DNA of 59,744 nt, taken from positions 1 through 59,744 of the forward strand of contig CAMFKK010000001.1 in NCBI GenBank assembly GCA_945957225.1. The letters run 5' to 3'. The notes below the pieces were generated by a model. The model did not search any database and was not told where the DNA came from. It was given only the letters and a program-made list of their open reading frames with translations. Within the stretch, counting starts at the first letter, position 1, and the number at the start of each line of letters is the position of its first letter. This document shows positions 19,172 through 29,090 of the stretch, piece after piece. The stretch is from an uncultured Sphingobacteriia bacterium (lineage in GTDB: Bacteria > Bacteroidota > Bacteroidia > Chitinophagales > Chitinophagaceae). The position numbers and the translations under genes are program-made.

Positions 19172-20515
19172 TTATAGTTTTCCTACGGCTTTGTAAAAAT
19201 CTACTTTGGCTACAATGGCACCGTAAAGTGCATTTATATAATTGGCCTGTGCCGTACGCAAATCGGTTTGTGCTGCAGTGATTTCTGTATTTGAACCGGT
19301 GCCCAATTCAAATTTCTTGGTAGTTTGTTTAAATACATTCTCTGCTAATTCCATATTCTTTTTCTGATAGTCCAATGTGGTAATGGCGGCACTAAAATTC
19401 ATTTTAGCTGTTTCTACTTCATTGTCAATGCTATTGCGTAGGTTTTCAATTTGGTTCTCGGTTTGTTTTAATTCAATACGAGATTTTTTCAGTTTGGCGT
19501 CTTTAGAGAATCCATCAAAAATGGGAATAGACACATTCAAACCAATAAAGGAAGTAGTGAACCAGTCTCCCTTTCCAAAGAAATTAAATTGATTTCTCTG
19601 AGCGTTTTTGGTATAAGCACCAGTTAATGCAATAGTGGGTAAATAGCTTAATTGGTATCTTCTTATATTAAACTCATTGAGTTTTTTGGCAAGGTTCAAG
19701 TATTGATAGTCTTTTCTGCTATCATAAGTGAATGCACTATCTTGATCAATACCCTGTTTAATCTTATCTTCTGATAACTGATCTGTTAATACTAAGGTAT
19801 CTTTCACTGGCATCCCCATCAATGTTTTCAGACCCAAGTATCCCACACTAATATTATTTAGTGCTCTCAATTTTTCAGTTTCAATATTGGATACCTGAAC
19901 AGAGATTTTGTCAATATCTAATTTTTCTGCAAAACCATTTTGATACAACACTTTTGTATCGTTTAGCAATTTGTTCAACCTATCAAGATTGGCGTCAAAA
20001 ATGCCAATCTGTGTTTTTGAAGCTACTAATTGATAATAGATTTTGTAGATATTGGCTTTGATAGCTTCTTCTGTTACTTCTACATTCTTGTTTTGAAATT
20101 CAATACTGGTAGACCTGGCTTTTAAACCAATAAAAACCTGGCCATCAAATAAGAGCTGTTGCAAGTTCACACCTGCATTGGCATTAAACTTGGTTCCAAA
20201 CTGAACTGGGATATAGGTTCCTGCTGGTTGTCCAAAAATTTCACCTGGTAATAGTGATGTTGGAATGGTTAAATAGTCATTACCACTGATATTACCCGTG
20301 ATAGTTGGCAATGCTGCTGCAGTAATGTCGCGGTTTGTTTGGTTCTGAACCTGTACGTTTAACAGCGCGTTTCTAACCTGCACATTGTTTTTATGTGCAT
20401 AGTCCACACATTCCTTAATAGAGAATGCATGTGAGCTGCTGTTTTGAGCAAAGGTTTGGAAACTTGCTATCAACAGCAAGCAAAACCAAAACATGCTTTT
20501 AATTGGCTTGTTCAT
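19172..20515 (-). CDS. TolC-family outer membrane protein
   Basis: FSIKECVDYAHKNN, LPTI, QLLFDG, IPIFDG, KFELG. Confidence 0.92.
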   Translation of the reverse strand: MNKPIKSMFWFCLLLIASFQTFAQNSSSHAFSIKECVDYAHKNNVQVRNALLNVQVQNQTNRDITAAALPTITGNISGNDYLTIPTSLLPGEIFGQPAGTYIPVQFGTKFNANAGVNLQQLLFDGQVFIGLKARSTSIEFQNKNVEVTEEAIKANIYKIYYQLVASKTQIGIFDANLDRLNKLLNDTKVLYQNGFAEKLDIDKISVQVSNIETEKLRALNNISVGYLGLKTLMGMPVKDTLVLTDQLSEDKIKQGIDQDSAFTYDSRKDYQYLNLAKKLNEFNIRRYQLSYLPTIALTGAYTKNAQRNQFNFFGKGDWFTTSFIGLNVSIPIFDGFSKDAKLKKSRIELKQTENQIENLRNSIDNEVETAKMNFSAAITTLDYQKKNMELAENVFKQTTKKFELGTGSNTEITAAQTDLRTAQANYINALYGAIVAKVDFYKAVGKL

Positions 20516-21134
20516 GTGTAATGGGATTTTGTCTTTGTATTTTGTATTGTTGAATTTTTTTGATGCCCTCTAATGATGCTATACCATAAAGGAAATTTTC
20601 CAAAACCTCTTGACTCACTTTTGAGATATTGTATTTGGATGTTGGAAACACTTCTCCATTCATGACCACAAAAACGGATTCAATATGAAATTTGGCCAAG
20701 ATGTCTACCTGTATTTCCGGTCTGTACAAACCCTCTTTGATGCCATTTTCCAAATTGTCCTTGATTACTTTGTAGAAAAACTCCTGTTTGTGTTCATTGA
20801 GTTTTTGAAAAGACTTGGGATGATATTTCTGAATATCATGCACAATGGAAGTGTTCAATTGCTTGAGCATGTCTTGCATGTCATCAATGGCCATAAATAT
20901 TTCATGAATGGCATTCTCCTTATTCAATTTGTGCATTTCACATTGGCGATAGTTGCGTTGGATCTCAATTTCCAATACCCCGTCAACCAAGGCATCCTTA
21001 TCGGCAAAATATTGGTAAATGGTTTTTTTGCTCATCCCCAGATGGTATGCAATATCATCCATACTCACACTTCTAATGCCGTATCGCATAAAAAGTTCAT
21101 GTGTCTTATTGATAATTCGCTGTTCTGTTTCCAT
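20499..21134 (-). CDS. TetR/AcrR-family transcriptional regulator
   Basis: LFMRYGIRSVSMDDIAYHLGMSKKTIYQYFADKDAL helix-turn-helix; heads the efflux operon. Confidence 0.95.
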   Translation of the reverse strand: METEQRIINKTHELFMRYGIRSVSMDDIAYHLGMSKKTIYQYFADKDALVDGVLEIEIQRNYRQCEMHKLNKENAIHEIFMAIDDMQDMLKQLNTSIVHDIQKYHPKSFQKLNEHKQEFFYKVIKDNLENGIKEGLYRPEIQVDILAKFHIESVFVVMNGEVFPTSKYNISKVSQEVLENFLYGIASLEGIKKIQQYKIQRQNPITHEQAN

Positions 21135-21151
21135 AATCTAAAAAAGTCACG

Positions 21152-21191
21152 CAAAACTATGGAAACTATTTAAGTAGCCAAAGTTTCCATA
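21152..21191 (-). promoter_or_regulatory. Promoter -7 box overlapped by an inverted-repeat operator (probable TetR site)
   Basis: Minus-strand TAGTTTTG (21152-21159) matches TAnnTTTG. TATGGAAACT-N14-AGTTTCCATA lies at 21158-21191. Confidence 0.7.
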
Positions 21192-21283
21192 TAAAAAAAT
21201 TGTAAAATTTTGTTAACCGGTAAAAAAAAGGGATAAACCATCAAAATCTGCTTTCTTTGTTATTAGAAATCAAATTCCTACCC

Positions 21284-21937
21284 ATGCGGCAGCTGCCCAA
21301 GCCTAGTTTTAGTGCTTATCTTAAGAAACTCTTGCAATTCTTTTTACAGGGCTTGATTGTATTAGCACCTATTGGTATTACCATTTGGGTGGTTTTGGGT
21401 CTTTTTAATTATGTAGATGGATTCTTACCCAACCTGATCAATCATCTAGCTCCTGAATTATTGGAAAAAGACGCAGCTGGTAACCTAACTCGTTTACCAG
21501 GTTTGGGATTCTTGGTAGTAGTTTCTTTGGTTTTGCTGGTAGGTTGGTTATCAAGCCTTTTTGTGGTTGGACGATTGGTAGCCGTTTTTGATACGGTCTT
21601 AGAAAGAACCCCTGGCATCAAGTTTATTTATTCCTCCGTCAAGGATTTTTTAGAGGCTTTTGCCGGAAATAAGAAAAAATTTGACCACCCAGTATTGGTG
21701 AATGTTGATGGTCCAGATGTTTGGCGTATTGGATTTATAACACAACATTCCAGTAAAGACCTTGGTTTAGAGGAGCATGTAACGGTGTATGTACCACATT
21801 CTTATGCCATATCAGGCATTACATACCTTGTTCCCAAGGTAAAAATTAAAGAACTCCCCCCACATATTCACCCTGCCGAAGCCATGAAATACGTGGTCTC
21901 AGGAGGGGTAAGCGCAACACATGAACAGGGTTCCTAA
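21284..21937 (+). CDS. DUF502-family membrane protein
   Basis: FLQGLIVLAPIGITIWV, PGLG, IYSSVKD, VYVPHSY, EAMKYVVSGGV. Confidence 0.9.
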   Translation: MRQLPKPSFSAYLKKLLQFFLQGLIVLAPIGITIWVVLGLFNYVDGFLPNLINHLAPELLEKDAAGNLTRLPGLGFLVVVSLVLLVGWLSSLFVVGRLVAVFDTVLERTPGIKFIYSSVKDFLEAFAGNKKKFDHPVLVNVDGPDVWRIGFITQHSSKDLGLEEHVTVYVPHSYAISGITYLVPKVKIKELPPHIHPAEAMKYVVSGGVSATHEQGS

Positions 21938-22008
21938 GGGAATCTGATTCAGAAATCGGCCAAAAGTTTCCTGTAAAAACGGTTAACTTGCGGTTTCAAG
22001 CAATCGAA

Positions 22009-23079
22009 ATGAGTGTCCATAACTTCAATTCGGGGCCATCTATACTGCCCCAACCGGTACTGGAACAGTCCGCTAAAGCCATCCATGACTTTAATGGAAC
22101 CGGTTTGTCCATTCTTGAAATAGGACATCGCACCAGCCATTTTCAATCTGTTTTAGATACGGCTATTGGTTCTGTAAAAAGACTCATGCAATTAGACGAG
22201 CAATATGAGGTACTCTTTTTACATGGTGGCGCTACTACCCAGTTTATGCAGGTTCCTATGAATCTGCTAGACCAAGATGAAACAGCCGCTTATTGTGATA
22301 ATGGGATTTGGGGTAATAAAGCGTATAAAGAAGCATCCATTTTTGGAAATGCTGTTTTGGCGGCTAGTTCTGCAGATCAGTCCCATACCTATATTCCAAA
22401 ACAGTTGTCCATTCCTGCCAATGCCAAATACCTGCATATTACTACCAATAATACGGTAGAAGGTACACAATGGCATGAATATCCCAATCTAGACATTCCA
22501 TTGATTGGAGATATGAGTAGTGATATTTTTAGTAGGGAAGTAGATTTTAAAAAATTCTCTTTGATCTATGCTGGTGCTCAAAAAAATATGGGTGCTGCGG
22601 GTGTAAATATGTTGGTGATTAAAAAGTCTATTTTGGGCAAGATCAAGCGCAAAATTCCTACCATCATGAATTACCAAAAACATATTGAAGCTGGTTCTCT
22701 TATGAATACGCCACCTGTTTTTGCAGTTTATGTGAGCATGCTTACGCTACAGTGGATTGAACAAGAAGGAGGCTTAAAAGAAATGGGTAGAAGAAGCCAA
22801 GAAAGAGCAGATTTATTATATAATACCATTGATAGTCTTCCACTTTTCCAAGCCAAAGTGGCCAAAGAAGATAGGAGTCAAATGAATGCCGTATTCTTTA
22901 TTGAAAATGAAGCATTACAAAATCAATTTTTAGACCAGTGTAAACAAGCCGGTTTTGTTGGTGTTAAAGGATATCGCACCGTTGGTGGTATCAGAGTTAG
23001 CATGTATAACGCACTTCCATTAAGCAGTGTAAAAGCCATGACAGATCTGATGCAGGATTTTGCAAAACAACACGGATAA
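22009..23079 (+). CDS. serC: Phosphoserine aminotransferase
   Basis: HNFNSGPSILP, SILEIGHR, LFLHGGA..QF..VPMN, DMSSD, YAGAQKNMG, NTPP, GGIRVSMYNA. Confidence 0.97.
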   Translation: MSVHNFNSGPSILPQPVLEQSAKAIHDFNGTGLSILEIGHRTSHFQSVLDTAIGSVKRLMQLDEQYEVLFLHGGATTQFMQVPMNLLDQDETAAYCDNGIWGNKAYKEASIFGNAVLAASSADQSHTYIPKQLSIPANAKYLHITTNNTVEGTQWHEYPNLDIPLIGDMSSDIFSREVDFKKFSLIYAGAQKNMGAAGVNMLVIKKSILGKIKRKIPTIMNYQKHIEAGSLMNTPPVFAVYVSMLTLQWIEQEGGLKEMGRRSQERADLLYNTIDSLPLFQAKVAKEDRSQMNAVFFIENEALQNQFLDQCKQAGFVGVKGYRTVGGIRVSMYNALPLSSVKAMTDLMQDFAKQHG

Positions 23080-23100
23080 AATCATCACTAAAAATAACAG

Positions 23101-24336
23101 ATGGCAAACATCAAACCGTTCAAAGCATTAAGACCTCAAGCACAATTGGCCAAGCAAGTAGCTAGCCGACCTTACGACGTTCTAAGTAGTGCAGAAGCAA
23201 AGATTGAAGTTCAGGGAAATCCATTTTCATTTTTGCATATCACCAAAAGTGAGATAGACCTACCTGAAACAGTAGATGTTCATGCACAAGAAGTCTATCA
23301 GCAAGCAAAAGAAAACTTGGTGGCTTCTATTCAGCGAGATACACTTTTTAGAGAGTCAAAAGAATGTTATTATATCTATCAATTAATCATGAATGGCAGA
23401 AGCCAAACAGGTTTGGTATGTGTGAGCAGTGTAGATGATTATGAAAATGATATCATTAAAAAACACGAATTCACCAGACCGGAAAAAGAATTGGATAGAA
23501 TCAATCATATTAAAACATCTGGTGCCCAAACTGGTAATGTTTTCTTGGCTTACAGGAACAATGATGCTATTGACCAGATTATTGAAAAGTGGAAAACCAC
23601 TAAGTCTCCTGGTTATGACTTTACTGCAGAAGATGGTATCCAACACACTATTTGGATTATCAGTGATGGCAGTACCTGCGATAAAATCACCAGCATTTTT
23701 GCAGAACAGGTTCCTTGTACTTATATAGCAGACGGTCACCATCGCGCAGCATCTGCTTCAAAAGTGCGTGCTGCTTTGGGATCCGCAGCCACAGAGGGTT
23801 CCAATCATTTTCTAACTACGCTTTTCCCTTCTAATCAGTTATTCATCATGGATTATAACCGTGTGGTAAAAGACTTAAATGGCTTAAGTGCTGATGCATT
23901 TTTAGCTGCGTTAGAGGAAAAATTTACCGTAACCATAGAAGGAATTCAAGCATTTAGACCTGCCAATTTGCACGAGATTGGTTTGTATTTGAACAAACAA
24001 TGGTACAAATTAGTAGCCAAGCCAGGTACTTATACAGAAGACCCCATTGGTGTTTTAGACGTTACCATTTTACAAGACAATGTACTTTCTGCCATACTCA
24101 ATATCAATGATCCAAGAACCGATACAAGGGTAGATTTTGTAGGTGGTATTCGTGGATTGGGTGAATTGGAAAAAAGGGTTGATAGTGGTGAAATGGCTGC
24201 AGCATTTAGTATTTATCCCGTTACTATGGATCAATTATTCAATATTGCAGATAGCGGAAAAGTAATGCCACCAAAAAGTACTTGGTTTGAGCCAAAATTA
24301 AGGGATGGTTTGTTGACGCATTTGATTTACGAATAA
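23101..24336 (+). CDS. DUF1015-family protein
   Basis: IKPFKALRP, SRPYDV, IKKHEFTR, YIADGHHR, MPPKSTWFEPKLRDGL. Confidence 0.93.
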   Translation: MANIKPFKALRPQAQLAKQVASRPYDVLSSAEAKIEVQGNPFSFLHITKSEIDLPETVDVHAQEVYQQAKENLVASIQRDTLFRESKECYYIYQLIMNGRSQTGLVCVSSVDDYENDIIKKHEFTRPEKELDRINHIKTSGAQTGNVFLAYRNNDAIDQIIEKWKTTKSPGYDFTAEDGIQHTIWIISDGSTCDKITSIFAEQVPCTYIADGHHRAASASKVRAALGSAATEGSNHFLTTLFPSNQLFIMDYNRVVKDLNGLSADAFLAALEEKFTVTIEGIQAFRPANLHEIGLYLNKQWYKLVAKPGTYTEDPIGVLDVTILQDNVLSAILNINDPRTDTRVDFVGGIRGLGELEKRVDSGEMAAAFSIYPVTMDQLFNIADSGKVMPPKSTWFEPKLRDGLLTHLIYE

Positions 24337-24346
24337 CCCAAACCGC

Positions 24347-25357
24347 ATGCAAAAATTAGTGCTGATCTGCAGTTTCTTAATTGCTTCTTGTCAAGCTTTT
24401 GCGCAGCAAGACGTTAAACAGTTGTATGAGTCTGCCAAGATTTTAATGCGGCAGGGCGAGTATGAAACGGCTACTACCATCTTGCTCAAAGCTGTAAAGC
24501 AAGACAGTACTAATCTTGATATGCAAAAAGACTTGGCTTATTTGTATTTGTTGCAAAATAATCCGGTGCTTTCTGCACAAATATCCAGACCATTAATAGA
24601 TAGGGCTGACGCCGATGCGCAGTGCTTTCAAATGCTGGGTATGGCTTATAAGGCAGCGGCTAATTATTCAGAATGTGCCACTTTGTATAAATATGGTCTT
24701 TTGAAATTTCCGCATGCTGGTGTTTTGTATAATGAGTATGGAGAGCTTTTGGCCATGCAACAGCAATTGGACCAAGCCATTATTCAATGGGAAAAGGGGA
24801 TTGAACAAGACCCCAATCATAGCAATAATTATTACAATGCCAGTATGTATTATGCGTTGAACCGAAAATGGTTACGCGTGGCTTTGTATGGCGAATATTT
24901 TATCAACCTAGAAAGCTATACGGCTAGAACAACAGCCGTTAAGGGAAAACTCCTAAATGCCTATCAGGCATTATTACAACCAGGGGCATTGGATCAATTT
25001 GGTAAAGGCAATAATTTTGAAAAAGCTTTTGCAGCTGCTATTTGTCAAAACAACAATGCCAGCAAGCCTGTGAATATTACCATGGATCATCTGTTAGCCG
25101 CAAGACTTGCTTTCTTGAAAAATTGGACTGCTGAAATAGCCAGTCAATTTCCATTAAGATTGGTGGATCACCTACTGCAAATACAAAAAGAAGGCATCTG
25201 GGATGCATACCAGCAATGGGTATTTGGTGCAGCTCTAAATCCTGCAGACTACCAACAATGGCAAACTGTTCATGCAAAAGAGGCCCATGCCTATCTACAA
25301 TTTCAACAAGGAAGGGTATTCAAAGTACCTACACAGCAGTATTATACCGGAAACTAA
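24347..25357 (+). CDS. Tetratricopeptide-repeat protein, secreted
   Basis: Signal peptide; TPR-like helices (AIIQWEKGIEQDPNHSNNYYNA). Confidence 0.8.
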   Translation: MQKLVLICSFLIASCQAFAQQDVKQLYESAKILMRQGEYETATTILLKAVKQDSTNLDMQKDLAYLYLLQNNPVLSAQISRPLIDRADADAQCFQMLGMAYKAAANYSECATLYKYGLLKFPHAGVLYNEYGELLAMQQQLDQAIIQWEKGIEQDPNHSNNYYNASMYYALNRKWLRVALYGEYFINLESYTARTTAVKGKLLNAYQALLQPGALDQFGKGNNFEKAFAAAICQNNNASKPVNITMDHLLAARLAFLKNWTAEIASQFPLRLVDHLLQIQKEGIWDAYQQWVFGAALNPADYQQWQTVHAKEAHAYLQFQQGRVFKVPTQQYYTGN

Positions 25358-25374
25358 TTGTTAAAAATTCTCTC

Positions 25375-25404
25375 AAAAGCCGATGGATCTTCATCGGCTT
25401 TTTT
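25375..25404 (+). terminator. Intrinsic terminator
   Basis: AAAAGCCGATG-GATCTT-CATCGGCTTTTTT. Confidence 0.9.
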
Positions 25405-25465
25405 ATTTGTCTGCTTTTACCTAAATTGAAAGTTCTAACTACGGTTTCCTATATAACGATTGCAT

Positions 25466-27250
25466 ATGAATAGTAAAAGATTATTTGATTGCCTTGAACA
25501 CCAATTGCAACATTTTCCCAAAGAGGATATGTTGGCCGCAAAGGAAAACGGCAAATGGGTTAAGTACAGTACCGCTGAAGTAGCAGATATTGCTAATAAA
25601 TTCAGTGCTGGTTTATTAGCATTAGGAATAAGCGGTAATGATTTCACGCCCGAAGGCGCAGACAAAATTGCCATTATCAGTAATAATAGACCTGAATGGG
25701 TGTTTACAGATTTGGCTACCCAACAAACTGGAGCCATTTTGGTACCCGTTTATCCTACTACTAATCCATTGGAGTTAGAATTTATTCTCAATGATGCAGC
25801 TGTAAAATATGTATTTGTCAGTAGCAAGGATTTGTATGAAAAAGCAAACGATGTTTGTGCAAGGGTTCCTTCTGTTAAAAAAATATTCAGCTTTGACAGA
25901 CTAGAGGGTGTTGCACATTGGACAGAAGTATTGGCTATGTCAAGCCCCGCTAATTTGGAAAAAGTAGCTGAAGCTAAAGCGATGGTACCAACAGAACATT
26001 TGGCCACCATTATTTATACTTCAGGAACTACAGGTACACCAAAGGGTGTGATGTTGAAACACAGTAATATTTACACCAATGTCTATTATTCAAAAGTGAG
26101 CTTTCCTTTTAATGATGCACCTGAAACCAAGGTCCTGAGCTTTCTGCCCTTGAATCATATTTTTGAAAAGATGTGTACCTATATCTATTTATTTAGTGGG
26201 ATCAGCATCTATTATGCAGAAAGTTTAGAAACCATTGGCGATAATTTAAAAGAGGTAAAACCAGATGGATTTACAACAGTGCCTCGTTTATTAGAGAAAG
26301 TGTTTGAGAAAATCATGACAGCGGGTTCTCACTTAACAGGCACTAAGAAAAAGCTTTTTTATTGGGCTGTAGGATTGGCTGAAAAATATGATAACCAAAA
26401 AAGCGGTGGTTGGTGGTATGACACCCAATTGGCCATAGCTAATAAACTCATTTTTTCTAAATGGCGTGAAGCACTAGGTGGCAATATTAATTTTATAGTT
26501 ACAGGTGGTGCTGCCTGTCAAGTAAAACTCTTGCGCATTTTTAATGCTGCACGCATACCTGTTTATGAAGGATATGGTCCAACAGAAAATAGCCCGGTAA
26601 TTAGTGTGAATAGAAAAGCTGTTGGAGGAACTAAGTTTGGTACTGTGGGTCCTGTGATTGAAGGTATTCAAGTAAAACTAGCAGAAGACGGAGAGATTTT
26701 GGTAAGTGGAAGTTGTGTAATGGCAGGTTACTATAAACGCCAAGACCTAACGGATGAAACCGTAATCAATGGTTGGTTGCACACAGGAGATATTGGTGTC
26801 ATGGATGAGGGTAAGTACTTAAAAATTACAGACAGGAAAAAAGAATTGTTTAAAACCAGTGGTGGTAAATACGTTGCCCCACAGCCTATTGAAAACAAAC
26901 TCAAGGAAAGTCCCTTTGTTGAGCAGGTTATGGTGGTTGGTGCAGAAAGAAAATTTGTGGGCGCTTTAATTGTTCCTTCTTTCCCCACACTCAAAGAATG
27001 GATGCGTGAAAAAAATATACCTTTTACAACGGCTGAAGACGCTTTGCATCATCCTAAAGTATTGGAACTCTACAGAGAACTGGTAGAGAGTTTCAACAAT
27101 TTCTTTAACCATGTTGAACAGATTAAAAAATTTGAATTAATTCCAAGGGAGTGGAGTATTGAAACGGGAGAAATGACGCCAAAAATGAGTTTGAAAAGAA
27201 AAGTGGTCATGGAAAAATTCAAGGAAAATGTTGAGCGGATTTACGCATAA
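25466..27250 (+). CDS. Long-chain fatty acid--CoA ligase (AMP-binding)
   Basis: YTSGTTGTPKG, SFLPLNH, EGYGPTE, GWLHTGDIG, ITDRKKELFKTSGGKYVAP. Confidence 0.95.
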   Translation: MNSKRLFDCLEHQLQHFPKEDMLAAKENGKWVKYSTAEVADIANKFSAGLLALGISGNDFTPEGADKIAIISNNRPEWVFTDLATQQTGAILVPVYPTTNPLELEFILNDAAVKYVFVSSKDLYEKANDVCARVPSVKKIFSFDRLEGVAHWTEVLAMSSPANLEKVAEAKAMVPTEHLATIIYTSGTTGTPKGVMLKHSNIYTNVYYSKVSFPFNDAPETKVLSFLPLNHIFEKMCTYIYLFSGISIYYAESLETIGDNLKEVKPDGFTTVPRLLEKVFEKIMTAGSHLTGTKKKLFYWAVGLAEKYDNQKSGGWWYDTQLAIANKLIFSKWREALGGNINFIVTGGAACQVKLLRIFNAARIPVYEGYGPTENSPVISVNRKAVGGTKFGTVGPVIEGIQVKLAEDGEILVSGSCVMAGYYKRQDLTDETVINGWLHTGDIGVMDEGKYLKITDRKKELFKTSGGKYVAPQPIENKLKESPFVEQVMVVGAERKFVGALIVPSFPTLKEWMREKNIPFTTAEDALHHPKVLELYRELVESFNNFFNHVEQIKKFELIPREWSIETGEMTPKMSLKRKVVMEKFKENVERIYA

Positions 27251-27270
27251 ATAAAAATCCACATAATTCA

Positions 27271-27296
27271 AAAAGCTCGGGTAACCGGGCTTTTTT
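27271..27296 (+). terminator. Intrinsic terminator
   Basis: AAAAGCTCGG-GTAA-CCGGGCTTTTTT. Confidence 0.88.
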
Positions 27297-27334
27297 CTTG
27301 TTAAGACCTTGAATGGTTCTTGCTTTTGAATGTT

Positions 27335-27342
27335 TATATTTG
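27335..27342 (+). promoter_or_regulatory. Bacteroidota primary-sigma -7 element
   Basis: TATATTTG, a perfect TAnnTTTG, 23 nt before ATG 27366. Confidence 0.6.
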
Positions 27343-27365
27343 AGAAAAGCCTAAATTTTTTATCC

Positions 27366-28976
27366 ATGTACAAAAAAATCTCAGCCACCGTTTTTTTTGC
27401 CTGCTTGTTTCAGATGCTGATGGCTCAACCAAAAGCCATTCCAACACCACAAGTAGAAGCCATTAAAAAAGAAGTCTTAACCAGTGTTGCTGGAAAAGAA
27501 AAAGCCGTACAAGAAATGGTAGACATGGTGTTTAGTTATGGAGAATTGGGTTTTCAAGAAATTGAAACCTCAAAATACCTCACTGGCATTTTAGAGAAAA
27601 ACGGATTTACTATTGAACGTGGCATTGCGGGTATTCCCACTGCGTGGATGGCCAAATGGGGTAATGGAAGTCCGGTGATTGCCTTGGGGTCAGACGTTGA
27701 TTGTATTCCCAAAGCTTCACAAAAACCTGGTGTAGCTTATAAAGACCCCATTGTAGAAGGAGCACCCGGACATGGTGAGGGACATAATTCTGGACAAGCC
27801 GTAATCATTTTTGCTGCTATTGCAGCCAAAGAAGCTATGATCAAAAACAAGATTCCCGGAACACTTTTGATCTGGCCAGGGATTGCAGAGGAACTGGTTG
27901 GTAGTAAAGCTTGGTATATCCGTGATGGTTATTTTAAAAATGTAGACGCTTGTATATTCACCCATGTGAGTGGAGATTTTGGTTGCGACTATGGAGACAA
28001 TGGGAACAATGGATTGGTATCTGTGAAATTTTCTTTTGAAGGAGATGCGGCACACGCAGCTGGCGCACCATGGAGGGGTAAGAGTGCATTGGATGCTGTA
28101 GAGCTGATGGATATTGGTTGGAATTTTAAACGCGAACATTTAAAACCCACTCAGCGTTCGCATTATGTGATTACAGATGGCGGTGATCAACCCAATGTGA
28201 TTCCATCTAAAGCCAGTGTCTGGTATTATTTTAGAGAAAGAACTTATGACGATATTCAAAACATGTATGATGCTGGCATCCGGATTGCCAAAGGCGCAGC
28301 CATGATGACAGAGACCAATATGAAGTACCAAATTTTAGGTACTGCTTGGCCAGGACATTTCAACAAAGCATTGGCACAAGCATTGCATGCCAATATTCAA
28401 AAAGTGGGATTGCCTGAGTGGTCAGAAGCAGATCAGCAAATGGCTAGGGCTGTTCAAAAATTAGTAGAAGCTCCCAAGAAAGATAATGCCGGAAGAGAAA
28501 TCAATGGATTGAGAAATAAGATTGATACCCTAAAAGGTTCTGTACCATTTTCAATGGGTGGTGGCTCTGATGATATTGCCGATATTTCTTGGAACCTACC
28601 TACCATTGTGCTAAGGTATCCTGCAAATATACCCGGCACCAAGGGACACCATTGGGCCGATGCCATTGCCATGGCTACACCCATTGCACACAAAGGTTCA
28701 TTAGCTGGCGCAAAAGCCACAGCACTCACTTTAATTGACCTCTTTACCAATCCCAAAGTATTGGCAGATGCTAAAGATTATTTTACCAATGTGCAGACAA
28801 AGGATATCAAATACAAACCATTTATATCTGCAACAGACCCCCCTGCTATCTACTTAAACAAGGAGATCATGGGTCAGTATCGCGAGCAGATGAAACCTTT
28901 TTATTATGACCCTTCAAAGTATGGTACTTATCTAGAACAACTTGGAATCAAATATCCAACCGTCGAGAAAAAATAG
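27366..28976 (+). CDS. M20-family amidohydrolase (AbgB-like), with signal peptide
   Basis: ELGFQE..TS, GHGEGHN, IAEE, HAAGAPWRGKSALDAVE, GGDQPNV, GGSDD. Confidence 0.88.
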   Translation: MYKKISATVFFACLFQMLMAQPKAIPTPQVEAIKKEVLTSVAGKEKAVQEMVDMVFSYGELGFQEIETSKYLTGILEKNGFTIERGIAGIPTAWMAKWGNGSPVIALGSDVDCIPKASQKPGVAYKDPIVEGAPGHGEGHNSGQAVIIFAAIAAKEAMIKNKIPGTLLIWPGIAEELVGSKAWYIRDGYFKNVDACIFTHVSGDFGCDYGDNGNNGLVSVKFSFEGDAAHAAGAPWRGKSALDAVELMDIGWNFKREHLKPTQRSHYVITDGGDQPNVIPSKASVWYYFRERTYDDIQNMYDAGIRIAKGAAMMTETNMKYQILGTAWPGHFNKALAQALHANIQKVGLPEWSEADQQMARAVQKLVEAPKKDNAGREINGLRNKIDTLKGSVPFSMGGGSDDIADISWNLPTIVLRYPANIPGTKGHHWADAIAMATPIAHKGSLAGAKATALTLIDLFTNPKVLADAKDYFTNVQTKDIKYKPFISATDPPAIYLNKEIMGQYREQMKPFYYDPSKYGTYLEQLGIKYPTVEKK

Positions 28977-28996
28977 AATAGTTAAAAAGCAGAAAA

Positions 28997-29030
28997 TAAA
29001 AATGCCTCTGAATTTTCAGAGGCATTTTTA
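28997..29030. terminator. Bidirectional intrinsic terminator
   Basis: TAAAAATGCCTCTGAA-TT-TTCAGAGGCATTTTTA between convergent genes. Confidence 0.9.
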
Positions 29031-29048
29031 AATAAAGCCAGTTAGTTC

Positions 29049-29090
29049 TTCACTCTTCACTCTTCACTCTTCACTCTTCACTCTTCACTC
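29049..29090. repeat. Heptamer tandem array, 6 x TTCACTC
   Basis: Same unit as 13201-13410; directly abuts the TAA stop (29091-29093) of the amidohydrolase gene. Confidence 0.97.
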
